This document shows, piece after piece, positions 52,456 through 64,000 of a stretch of DNA of 64,000 nucleotides. The stretch spans positions 191,272,001 through 191,336,000 of the forward strand of contig NC_058368.1 of NCBI RefSeq assembly GCF_018350175.1, written 5' to 3'. This DNA is from Felis catus. Its lineage: Eukaryota. The number at the start of each line of letters is the position of its first letter. The first letter of the stretch is position 1. The position numbers and the translations under genes were made by a program. The notes beneath the pieces are model-generated. The model saw only the letters and a program-made list of their open reading frames with translations. It ran no database searches and had not been told where the DNA came from.

Positions 52456-53664
52456 AGTGTTGAATGGGGCAGGTCCCTTAAACACAGAGGCCAGAGATTC
52501 AGAAAGGCCTTAGGGCCAAGAGGGCAGAAAAGTTCTAAAACTATATGTGACTGAAAAAAGGATAAAGCCTACAAATAAATAAAATGATAATGCAGGCACC
52601 CACGGCCGTCAGTCTTACTTTCATACTTGATCCATGTGGAAATCCCACTCTACCCCAGAAACATCAAATTACCTATAATAATACCATATAAGTTCGCACA
52701 TGCACTTTCCTTCTCTAATACAGATGGAAGAATAAAGATTGATATATCGTTACATCTTTACAAAAGCACTGCTATTTTTCAAATCTTTCTGTGTCCTATT
52801 CAGAAATTCTGCGGCTGCCTTGTTTCAGTACCCTACTGATATTAAACACACTGGAAAAATAAAACAGGTATGTTTTTGTGCAAAACAGCTTAGGGGAAAG
52901 CAAGGCTGAGAGTTGCTCAGAACCCTTAGCTTAAGAAATGGTGAATCCTCTCAATTGTACACTTTGCAAGCACGCTTTTTTTTTTTTTTTTTTGCTACAA
53001 GGAAACAAGTCAAAGGCATCAAACGCTGGCTCTGACAGCTGTTGTCTCTCATTTTCAACCTGACATAATGAGTTTCAAGACTTCAAGGCTGCTGCCCAGA
53101 AGTGGCGGTGGGGCCTGAGTAATTGGATTGAAAGAGTAAAGGAATTGAACAAAAGGAAGGAACAAACGTGGTCTCATTTTTATTCTCGAGCTACCAGGCT
53201 GGCATTTATTTACTCCCGGTGGAATTTTACAAGTCAAACCGTGATTTGTCATGTGACCAAATATGCAAGGGTATTTTAGTCCTGAATTCTACAGGCCCAG
53301 CCTAACAACACAAGAGATGAGGTGAACGCATGGCTGTGGCTAATGGGGCGAATCTTGATCATCACCTGTTTGAGGGTGTGATGTTATTTCTTGCTTCCTC
53401 ATAAACTAAGAACATTCTAATTATGCTGAGTTATACTTGTTCAAAGCTGCCTTATCTACTTACAGAAGACAAAATAAATTTCAATGCTTTTGAATTGTGT
53501 ACTATCATTCCAGTAATAGGAGCTAGTAGTTTGTGCATTAAAATCGCACTTGGCAATATTAAAAGCCACAGTACTTAATTAGGAAGTGGGTTCCAGGGCG
53601 ACAGAGTGGATGATAGCTTTAACCTAATATGACAGAAAAGATGGCGATGACATTAAGTAAAACC

Positions 53665-53980
53665 AGGGGTGGTGAACAACGGCCCACAGCCCAAACTCAC
53701 CTAGCCATGGATTTTCATATGGTCCATGAGCTAAGAGTGGTTTTCATATTTTTAAATGCTTTTAAAAAAATCTAAGAATAATACTTCATACCATGTAACA
53801 TGTAACATTACATAACATGTAAATGTAAATTACATGAAATTCACATTTCAATGTCCATAAGACATATGTATACATATTGTCTATGGCTTTTTGAGGTTAC
53901 AACGACAGAGACAGGACCGCCTACATAAAGCCTAGGATATTTGCTATTTGGCTGTTTATAGAGAAAGTTTTCCAACACTG
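53665..53980 (+). mobile_element. MER58B-like DNA transposon relic
   Basis: caggggtgg...gagctaagagtggttttcatatttttaaa...gaaagttttccaacactg. Confidence 0.75.
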
Positions 53981-55239
53981 ATAAGTGAATAGAAACTGAC
54001 TTCAGTGGGCTCAACTCTAACTACAAGCCCCTAGATGGGTATTTTGCTTAGGATTAGTGAATCAACAAAACTGACAACAGTTCAAAATCCCTCTAGAAGA
54101 AAAAAAGGAGCATCTTGGCAGACAGTCAATAAGTAAATACTCCACATTCTTACGCAGTTAACAATGGGAAGGAGAGGCTAGGTCTGCTGGTTCTATCTTT
54201 CACCGTTAAACTTCAAAAACTACAATAATTGCAGTAACAGCAACAGCTAAGATAACTGAATGCCTCCAGTGTTCCGGGCGAATGTGCATTATTTCTCTGA
54301 ATCCTGACATGAACCTTCAGGTGTCATTGTCATCATTCCCATTTTAAGGAGGAGGACACCGGAGTTTAAGGAGTTTACATAACCTGTCTACTTAATGATT
54401 TAGGGCTCATTCACACCCCCCCACAAACATGATCGAATCTTCAAATTATTGCTCGTTCCATTGCTTCTGATTTTGAATATCTCCTTTCTTGTTGGACACT
54501 AGAAAACGCGTAAGTACACCATGAGGGCACCTGAAGCAGGAAGTCAATCGGACCACTTGAGAAGAATGGCAATACATCCTGTGGCTGGCTCAAGTAGCGG
54601 TCCACTCAGTACCTAGCTCCTCCCAGTTTCTGTTCACAGAACTTGACTTCGTTCAAGGTGGCAACGAAGTCATTCACCTTCATTGCGCCTAGTCCCAGGT
54701 GGGATACAGATCTCCCTGACAGCCAGAGTGACTCTAGAACACGATTCTGGCCAAGGAAAGGCAGGCAGACCCATGAAAGAGTTGCCAGGGGCTCTTAGAA
54801 AACACTTTTTCCTTATAAAAGTCAAAGATATAACTGGAACCACTCCTGTTTTCTCTGTCTCCATGCTTTAAAAGTAGATGTGATGTCTGGTGTTAGAGCA
54901 GTCATTTTGTGATCATGAGGCAACATGCACAGGAGTAAAACAAAGAATTGTAGAGAGGCTGCTCTGGAACCAATGACGGCAATTGCCATCCTCACATTCC
55001 TTCACATAGTGATTACTTGTAGCCATTCCTAACTGACAGAGATACACAATGAGGCAACATACATTGAACTCATCTCTGCATTCAGTCCATCCTATTTCCT
55101 GGATGCAAGGCTTCCAACACACACAAAAACTCAAATTCATATGATATTTCATAACAATAAATATATAAACTCTATATGTAACCCAGCTAAGCCTTCAGTA
55201 AATTCTAACAGTCATGCATTTGTTCCTTCACTCTCTCCC

Positions 55240-56140
55240 TCCAAAAAAAACACCCTTTAAGAATCTTACTACTATGGACCAGGCACTGTTATACACGCTT
55301 GTGGCAAAGAAAGCCTTAGAATTCAGAAAGGACAAGAGTCATTTGCACCAGAAAGTCTAACTGCCAGGGATCATTTCTGCTATCATACACTGTGGAAGGC
55401 TGTTCAAGACAGTGCAATCAAACACACAGGACACAGAGCCAATTAACAGAAGTTGCCATTATTATTATCAGCAGCACACAGAGGTACAAACAACATATAT
55501 TTAAATACTGGTGAGGGAAGGAGGAGTGGTAGAGGAGGGTTGGCATGAACCAGAGAAGGCTGTCTGTGAAGATGCTTAGGAGTTTGCCGGAGAAGAAATC
55601 AGAGGGAAAGCAGAACGTTTGGGGCATAGATAACTGCCTTAAGGGGAGAGTTTGGCAGAAGTGGAAGATGGAATAAAGACCGTGGTGAGCCTTAAGAGCT
55701 GGCAGGTGATGGGAAGGAAAGGCCAGGCTGGAGCCAGATCATGAAGGGCCTCATAAATACCAGACTGAGTCCGGTGCTTCATCCCACAAGCAAGAAGTCT
55801 CTGAAGGGTTGTAAGCAAGGAAGTGACATAATCAGGTCTCTCAGGTGGATAATTGGCAGCAGAATGGGAGTTTGGGCTGGAGTTGGTAGAAAGTGTAAGT
55901 AACAAGAACCATTAGAAGGTATTTCTATAAACCAGCCACAGAATAATGAGGAACCAAACTAGGGCAGCGTTGCCAGAGCAGGTGGAGGAGGGTAGCTCGG
56001 AGAGACATTTTGGAGGGAGAAAAAGGATCAGTGAGCTTTGGAAGGGTACAAAAATTAAAGACTCAAAGTGGACTCTGAGTTGTTCTCATTGGAGGGTTGA
56101 GAGCCCATTAAATGCTATTACCAGAGATAGGAGTATTCAG
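55240..56140 (-). mobile_element. L2 relic
   Basis: tactatggaccaggcactgtt...ggagccagatcatgaagggcc...aagcaaggaagtgacataatcag. Confidence 0.7.
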
Positions 56141-57447
56141 GAAGTGTGCTAATAAACGAAAGTTCAAATTATAATATGGTCTTTGTGGAAGTTCACTGTT
56201 TCTGTCAAGTCCTTACTAAAGTCTCACCTAATTCTCCTTCAACGCCACCCAGGCCTGCTGTCTCTGGGGACATCAGAGCACAGGAATAAGGAATGGCCGT
56301 GTTCTGTTCTTAAAAAGCCATCATAAAACAGTTGTGAATGCACACTGATGAGAAATAGAACTTCCAGCCTCTTCACCAACAATTCCATGAAGATTTTGCA
56401 GTCAGGATACATGGTTCGATTTTCCTATTATCCACCCCAGCAGCCCGCTGCCGCCATGCCCAAAGTAGGACCTTGCAAATGTAAGTGCCCCAAAAGTGGC
56501 TGTTCCTTTGATCTGATGTGAAATCAAACTCCTTAAGGGGCCACTTAAAGTCTTTGATGATCATTGTGGATGCTCCAAAGAGACCACTGTGGAAGGGGTC
56601 TTAGACGTTAGGGCATGGAGCTACTTGCGTGAATCTAGGCTCTTGGTGATTTGGCTACAGCATCATAGAGATAAAATATGGCATTCTCTGGTCTGAGCCC
56701 TAAACTTTTTCAGTGTCTCTGACCCACGACCCATGGTCAGTTCTCAATCTTTGACCAGGCTTCGCTTGCTCGTCACAATTCATATACTTCCCATCCCGTA
56801 AAATGGTGCATTAGTGTTGCAAGTTGTTCCAGGGCATGTGCTCCATGCATCGGCCCTAGCAGGTTTGATGCCGTGCTCCTCCCTGGCCCCCAGGACTCCT
56901 CCTGTACTTTTTGGCATCCTTAACTTCACTTGGTCCGTGTTCTCACCCACCATGGCCCACGTGCTCCCTAGAGCCCTGGTTCCATGCATGTTAATTAGAT
57001 GTCACACAGGTTAGGGCGGTGTGATCATAGAGAAATAAGTTTGGTAAACAGCTGATCTTTTTGATACACTACCATGCACTGAAAATAATCAGAAGCAGAA
57101 GAACCTTTATAATATTTCCAACACTGACCTGATAATGATATTATCCATTATCCAGGTGAATGCACCATCTCCAGGATGGATAAACAAAAGAACAAAGGAA
57201 AGAGTATTTTTAAATCTTTGGCCCTAAGATTTCATATAGAAAATGCATGAATGAATGAAATTAACAAAATCAATGGAATGAACGAATTACCAATATGTTT
57301 TCTCTGAAATAATTATTTCCCCGTGGGGAAATTGTGAGATGTCAAAAGTAAGGAGATTCCCTTTTAGAGAAAAAAGTATTGCATTGGACAAAAACAGCTC
57401 AGGAAGTAGTCACATGAAAGAGAGAAAGCATTTACAAGTAAGGGACA

Positions 57448-57667
57448 GGGGTGCCTGGGTGGCTCAGTGGGTTAAGCGTCCAACTCTTGGTTTTGGCTCA
57501 GGTCATGATCTGATGGTTTCGTGAGTTTGAGACCCAGGTTGGGCTCTGTGCTAGGAGCATTAAGCCCGCTTGGGATTCTCTCTCTTCCCCTCTCTGTCTC
57601 TCTGCCCTTCCTCTATTCATGCTGTGTCTTTCCCAAAATAATTAAATAAACTTAAAAAAAAAAAAAA
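57448..57667 (+). mobile_element. CAN-SINE
   Basis: TSD aagtaagggacag. Confidence 0.96.
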
Positions 57668-58029
57668 GTAAGGGACAGCTCCAAAGGGACAGCCATCTAT
57701 TGGGGCTGGCAGCTGTCTGCCAGAAAATACACTCTTCTCCTTTGTCCATTTTGTAAATCTGATTCACTCAGCACTCCTGCTCCACAAAAACGAGTGTGTT
57801 AATGTGGAGTGCTACCACTCAAAAGTAATGGAGTGAGAATACCATTATTTTAAATTGTTTGAGGCCATGCAGTCCCCAATTTCATTAGCTCCATTTCTTA
57901 GGAACCTATCTACCAAATTCTCTGGCATCACAGAAGTGGGGGGAAATCTACACAAATGCCTTTATATCTCAAATGCCATGCTCTTCATTATGATAAATCA
58001 CACAAATTTATAGGCACTTGGGATTTATG

Positions 58030-58530
58030 GTAGGCAGAAAAATGGTTCCCCAAATATGTCCATGTCCTAAATCCTAGCATATAGCAACATGTTGAGATTA
58101 TCCCAGAGTGTCCTGGTAAGTCCAATGCAATCACACAAGCTCTGAAAAGCAGAAAAGGAGACAAAGAAATCAGAGACATGAGGCAGAAGGGGAAGGCAAG
58201 AGATAAGAAGCACAGAGAGGAATCTCATCATGGGCTGAGGAATGCCCGCTCCAAGAGCTGAGAGTGGCCTCGGGTCAACAGCCAGCAGCCACAGAACTGA
58301 ATTCTGCCAATAACCTGAATAAGCCTCGATGCAGATTCTCCCACAGATAATAAATAGCCCAGACCTACTGATGCCTTGACTTTGAGCTCGTGAAACTTAA
58401 GCAGAGAACTCAACGGAGTCACCCAGTGCCCAGGCTTCGTGACCCATAGAAACAGTGGGCTAGGAAATGGATGCTATTTTAGGCCATGGAATTTATGCTA
58501 ATTTGTTATAGAGGCCCTAGAACAATAATA
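58030..58530 (+). mobile_element. MaLR MLT1-family LTR
   Basis: ggtaggcagaaaaatggttcccc...gaactgaattctgccaataacctgaataagc...tttgttatagaggccctagaacaataataca. Confidence 0.82.
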
Positions 58531-59126
58531 CAGGATTTGTTCAAGTAACCTAAGGATATTAAAATTTCAACATTGGTGAACATTAGTTGATTCACCCACC
58601 CAAGTATCTCTTTTTGGAACAACTCACCTCCTCTGGTCAGATACATGGTGGAAACTCTTTTAAGAGGTAAGCTCACAGTGACGAGCAAAAACAGGTCTCC
58701 CCTCCAGTGCTTTCATGCCAGCTGGGGACATTAATATTAAACAACATTCACATAAATACAGATGTCATATTAGACTGTGACGGATAAAATGGAGAGGAGG
58801 TGGCCGGTGAGAGGAGAGCCTATATCAGGGGTTCCGGTGGGGGTGTGCTAATGAAGACTTCCCTTCACTCTTGACAGTGAAACAGAGATCTGCAGTATAG
58901 GTAGGAAGGATGTGAAGGTGCAGGGATTTGGGGGCAGAAAGACCAGCAGAGATGTTGAAGCAAGAGGGAACATGAGGAGTGTGAGACAGTGAAAATGCTG
59001 GGCTAGCAGTTTGGGCTGAAGAGACAGGCAATGGTGAAATTGTGACTGCTTTCTAAGGATTTTCCATAAAGAAAATAAAAACATGTATCATGTTTGTTGT
59101 TTTTTGGAGTTTTTTTTTAAGCACTA

Positions 59127-59263
59127 GGGGCGCCTAGGTGGCTCAGTCAGTTCAGCGTCCAACTCTTGATTTCGGCTCAGGTCACAGTCTCACAGTTTGT
59201 GGGTTCGAGCCCCGTGCTGGGATCCGTGCTGACAGTGCAAAACCCGCTTGGGATTCTCTCTCT

Positions 59264-59304
<41 letters not shown>

Positions 59305-59370
59305 CCTCCCCTACTCTCTCGCCACCGTGCGCTCTCTCTCTCTCTCAAAATAAATAAATTTTAACAAAAT
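59127..59370 (+). mobile_element. CAN-SINE
   Basis: ggggcgcctaggtggctcag head; two (CT)n tracts. Confidence 0.95.
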
Positions 59371-59551
59371 TTAATGCAAAATTCCTTTGCTTAAAATTGC
59401 ATTAAGCAAAGGAATGTCTCACTGATTAATGATTATAGAATTATAGAAACTGTTACATACATGAAATAATACTCAGGCTGTCCCTGTGACCTGTAGGCTT
59501 TCAAGGTTGTAATCCGTAGCTTAGGAAATGGAGTACAGGGAGTGACCTTCA

Positions 59552-59608
59552 AATTTTTTATCTTTATTACTTTATTTTTAGAGAGAGTGCAAGCAAGGGA
59601 GGGGCAGA

Positions 59609-59644
<36 letters not shown>

Positions 59645-59765
59645 CTCAAGCAGGCTCCATGCTTAATGTGAAACCAGACACAGGCTTGAGCCCACGACCC
59701 TGGGATCATGACCTGAGTTGAAATCAAGAGTCAGACACTCAATTGACTGAGCCACCCAGTGGCCC
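59552..59765 (-). mobile_element. CAN-SINE, older subtype
   Basis: (GA)n; gactgagccaccca; approximate TSD tgacctt(c/t)aaa. Confidence 0.92.
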
Positions 59766-60534
59766 AAGGGTATGACCTTTAAACATCAGATCTCCGACAG
59801 GTTTAGAAAAAGCCCTAAACTTGGCATTATGAGACAGAGATGTATAAAAAGTGATTTATTCTCTCTAAGGCTCAATTTACTCACCTACAGAATGGAAATG
59901 ATACTTCAATGCAAATAGGAGACACAATAAATACTTGCTGAGAAGCTAGGTAAATGAATTCCTGCCCTGCTTGACTCAGGATCAGACGAAAACCAAGTAT
60001 GTGAATGTGCTTTGTAAAGTGGAGTATGTTTCACAAATGTGAATACTAATACTATTAATCCAACAATGTCTTCAAAAAGGAAAGATGGCTTATGCTTCTA
60101 AAGAGAAATAAGAGTAACTGACAAATGAAAGGAACAGGTCAGTGAAGAAGGTCATAGAATGTTCAAGCACTCATGCCTGGAATAGCAGCCAGTGGCCAGC
60201 AGCAGATTAGGGGGATGTCGGCAGAGGGAACAGGAATTAGACCAGGCGAGGTTTCCTGAGTCCTAGGTTTCTAGGTAAACCTGCTCTAACTAGAACAAGG
60301 GCCCAGTAACTCTACAGGCTACTAACGCAACATGTGGTTATCATTAGAGTCAAATCTGCTAAAAATTGCAATCGGTACAAATTTGACATTCTTTTAAAAC
60401 ATAATGTTTCTATGTCTGCCAGAACCCTTCCTTAGAAACTTGAGAGCATTTTGTTTCTCTGGGGGCTCTCTTTCCGAGCTCTTAATGGCCAGGAATTAGA
60501 GTCTACATTGTTCCCTATCACAGAGAGAACATCA

Positions 60535-60730
60535 CAGTGTTGGAAGCCTGAGCTTTGAAGTCCCAAGAGAACTGTGTTTCATCACAGCCCTGGCTGACAG
60601 TAGGGAAGTTACTTCACCACTACGACTCAGTTTGCCCATCAGCAAAATAGGAACAGTAGGATGACCTAACACGCATGCTTGAGCTTTGTGCATGCCTACT
60701 GCATAAAACTATTTGGCAAATCCTATTATC
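60535..60730 (+). mobile_element. MIR SINE
   Basis: ggaagttacttcacc...ctcagtttgcccatcagcaaaatagg. Confidence 0.65.
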
Positions 60731-61100
60731 ACTATCAATCCATGTCTCCTGTGACACTCTGAAAGCTCAAATCGCTGTAAGACAAAAAAACAGTATTTCA
60801 GAAATGCAATTAGTATCTCACTAATTGTTCCGCAGCTTATGTCTTTTCTCCCTACCACTAAAATAGAAAAACAAAAGCAAAAACAACTGAAATCATCCTA
60901 CAGAAGATTTCCTAGCTGAGCTATCTCTCTTTGCTGGGGGGCTGAAGGGGGTGGCTCTCCCAGGCAGCAATGAAAGAGCCAAACTCAGGGCTGCATTAAG
61001 TACAGACAGCAGAACATCCGTGCGTCAGAGATCAATCTCGATTGTTGGCATTTGAAATACTTTGGAGACAGGAGTCATCATAATTTCCAAAAAGACTTAC

Positions 61101-61223
61101 CCCAAGAAAGCAGAGCAGACCGAGTCATTCATCCACAGTATCATAGCCGAGGCCTCAAACCAAAGCCCAGAGTTCAGGCATGTGGTAATTAGGTCTCTAA
61201 ATTTACTCAACTGACTGGGAAAC
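61101..61223 (-). other. Candidate spliced exon (123 nt)
   Basis: Acceptor tttctttgacag|G and donor GGG|gtaagt; one open frame; no transcript evidence. Confidence 0.35.
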
Positions 61224-61544
61224 CTGTCAAAGAAATTCTTATCATGGGAGCATTAATTGCACATGAAATGCCAGAGCAGATACACGGGGAGGCCAGCAGT
61301 AACCTGGAGAGAGATGGCCAGAGGAAGGGCAGCGAGCAGCCGCGTCCAGAGCTGGTCTCTGTGTACACCCAACCCTACCAGCCCCACAAGTGCACGTGAG
61401 TCTGTTGGGATGAGAAAAGAGTGTTTTCAGGGTCCAAGTAGATGCATGTTGGGTTCATTCACAGGAAGCCGAAATATACTACAGAACCAGCAACCGAGAA
61501 CTTTCGAAGATTTGATTCACTTACTCACCAAGACAAGAAATTCT

Positions 61545-61935
61545 TTACAGTCTGCTTGCATTTCACTCACCCGTTTAAGCATTTACTGGAAAAGGACACC
61601 CATCAGACACAAAACCCGGCCTGGAGAAACAGACTAAGCTCTGCCCTCACACCACTGACACTTGGAAGAAAAACAGAAAACAAACAAAAACACACACAAC
61701 AAACGGTCATGATGAATTGTGGTAAGCGCCTTAAAGAAAAAGAATAAGGTAGTAGGGGAGACATACAGGTTTGAGGCAGAGGACATCATCTGGATTGGGA
61801 GAAAAAGTGAAAGGAGCTTTGGACTGCAGCAAAATAGACATTCAGTATATGAAGAAAGAGTAGAGAAGCATTCCAGGAGCAGGAATGGTTTCAGGGTCCC
61901 CATTTCCCTTACTTTCCTTCTTTCTGTCTTTCCTT
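61545..61935 (-). mobile_element. L2 relic
   Basis: cactcacccgtttaagcatttactg...ctctgccctcac...agcattccaggagcaggaa. Confidence 0.5.
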
Positions 61936-62869
61936 CCATGCATCCAGCCAGCCAGGCAGCCCACCATGGGTTGAGAATAACCCACCATCTCTTTTAGGTA
62001 CTAAGGAGGGTGTAAAAGAAGTGAAACCTTGTCCTTGCCTTCTAAAAATTTTTTTTTTTAATTTCAGCAGGGCAGCAAAGCCTACGTGCATGTGAAACAC
62101 TGATAAACAGTGCCAAAGAGCATATAAAAGAGCACCAACCAATGACCAGGTTCTCCAGGTTCTCCAGGCTTCCACTGACCGCGAACCCAGCATTGAGTGT
62201 GCTCCACTTGGCCTGGGCCACACGGCCCCTCCCCGGCTCTTGCCAATCTCTCTACTCAGATCCAACCCTTTCCCTCGTGGGCTGGAGCCCTTCCAGTTGG
62301 ATTCCCCCTCCTCCACCCACTGAACTATAGTGATCCCTCCTCCGGCTGCTACACCTCCGTTCCGAGCCAGACAGAATCCTCCAGAGATGGACGAGAATCC
62401 AGAGTGAGCCTGAGTTTGCTCTGCGCCTTTGGATTTTGTGAGTTGGACCACTGGTTTCTCATGTGGTACCATCCTTAATGGTTGCTTCCCTGCAGCTGAC
62501 CATTCTTCCTTCTCAGCTCGGAGACCATCCAGATCCCAGGGTACCCAACCTGTGGCACCGATACCTTCTGCTGATGTAATTTTATTTCTGTGTTCCTTTG
62601 CGAGAATTATTTCTGCACCCTCCAACCAAATATAATTAAGTTTTTTTTTCAAATCTGAGTAAGTTTTAAAATAGGCTAAAAGGAATTATGAAAAGAGTGA
62701 TCACGCTCATACTCCATGCACCGAGTAGCCTTTGAGAGGTGTCTGTGCAGCTGATAAGAATCTTGAGAGGTCTACATCAGCCATGATCACCAGGAGTACA
62801 CATTACAGCCTTATACACTCTCATCTGAGCCAGCCCCAGTGGGTACCTCAGTACCAGCGCAGAGCACAG

Positions 62870-63265
62870 AGCAATCAGCACTACCAGATCCCCTTTTAGG
62901 AAGAGTACTGATTCCTCTAGCTGCCAAGACTGAGGCCAGCAGACAGCCCTCGGCTATATATCCTCTCTAAGAATTGTCCTTGTGAGCTACCCTACATCCA
63001 ATGCCTCTTCCAGGCAGGGGTAGTAAGGCCCAGTTTCCTCATCTCAACTAGGGATAAACTGCAGTGAAGCATCCTCGCTTTACAACTCTCCATGGGATCT
63101 GCAGAGGCTTCTTGCAAATGGCAGTCTGTCCCAGCTTCTCCTTGCAATCCTTTCAATGCACAGCCCTTGCTGCTCTTTTGTACAGGTAATGATTCCACAG
63201 CCCTCTTGAGTAGAAGTCCCACATGCTAATTTGCCACCTCGGGGTCAGTTTCCTGAAACCTGAGC
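62870..63265. mobile_element. Old ERVL LTR-like relic (LTR16-like)
   Basis: ccagatccccttttagg...ctttacaactctccatggg...gggtcagtttcctgaaacc. Confidence 0.4.
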
Positions 63266-63417
63266 TACCCTACCCAGAGACTGTTGGATCTGTAATGCAG
63301 ATTCTCCTATTTATCGAGGACTGCTGTGTGCCGGGCACTGGGTCCCCGTAAGAAGTCTGCAGGTCCCCTCTAGAAAGCCGAGTCTTTTTCACAGGTGAAC
63401 ATATACTACACACTCAC

Positions 63418-63518
63418 CTACAAAGCCGAATGCACTAGTTGTTATTCCAAAGAGTTTGATCTTTAATATCCAAGGTAGTTGCAATGATTCAACATGGACC
63501 ATCTGTTGTTGTGTCAAT
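63418..63518 (-). other. Candidate spliced exon (101 nt)
   Basis: Branch-like tttaac, acceptor tctcttgcctgaacag|A, donor TAG|gtgagt; one open frame containing an ATG. Confidence 0.4.
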
Positions 63519-64000
63519 CTGTTCAGGCAAGAGAGTTAAAATCCTGGGAGAGTCTGGAATCACAAGTTTCTTGCATTCAAAAATAATGTGGCAGCATTTC
63601 CAGCCCAGCTGTGAAGCACTGGCTGACTAAGAAAATACAAGTCCCCTCGGAGACACCCTGTGCTACATGCTAATGAAATCAGGAAGAGGCCAGCTTTATG
63701 GTCTAATTGGTCATCTGAGAGGCTGGTTTTTTTAACCAGGTCTTTAAACAGTGATTTTCTTGCTGTAAATACACTGTCTTTTTTAAGGCAGCTGGGTAGC
63801 TCTATCATTTTTTACTTAACTCAGTATTTTTAACTCCAACGTTTTCTCCCCTCATATTATCTCTAAAGAAACAGTTCTGCTCCTGAAGATTAATTTAGTA
63901 AAAATAACACAAAATGCTCATATTTACAGGTTTGCATACTAACAATATCTCGTTGTTAAGAGATATTAACATCTTAATTAAGATCTCTTAATTAAGAAGG

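Noticed and set aside
6497..59357. Recurrent short ORFs such as AQVMISWFVSSSPASGSVLTAQSLEP
   Set aside because: Translations of CAN-SINE copies, not a gene family
871..59765. tRNA genes suggested by A/B-box motifs (gtggctcag, gttcgagccc)
   Set aside because: All lie in CAN-SINE heads followed by the SINE body and tail; no cloverleaf gene
1..64000. CRISPR arrays, operons, rRNA, known miRNA or snoRNA
   Set aside because: Eukaryotic DNA; no repeat-spacer array or recognisable RNA gene found by eye (an Rfam/Infernal search would be needed to exclude them)

Overview
Mammalian genomic DNA, almost certainly from a cat-family (felid) carnivore. It carries about 24 tRNA-derived CAN-SINEs, including young SINEC_Fc-type copies with intact target-site duplications (TSDs), and several LINE-1 3' fragments. 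It also holds ancient MIR, L2, MER5A/MER58 and MaLR/ERVL LTR relics, plus microsatellites. I recognise no known protein-coding gene or structural RNA gene. The window reads as intergenic or deep-intronic, with some repeat-free, enhancer-like blocks. Nearly all ORFs in the track are repeat-derived or chance; the only real protein sequence is a decayed L1 ORF2 C-terminus. Most worth follow-up: (1) three minus-strand segments at 61.1-63.5 kb with canonical splice sites that join in frame into an orphan ORF of at least 324 aa (lncRNA or de novo gene candidate, unproven); (2) an unidentified poly(A)-tailed retroposed insert inside an MLT1 LTR; (3) a dimeric SINE inside one TSD; (4) a locally templated 105-bp L1 duplication; (5) a tail-less internal L1 insertion. 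Repeat subfamily names come from recalled consensus motifs, not database searches, and boundaries are approximate.
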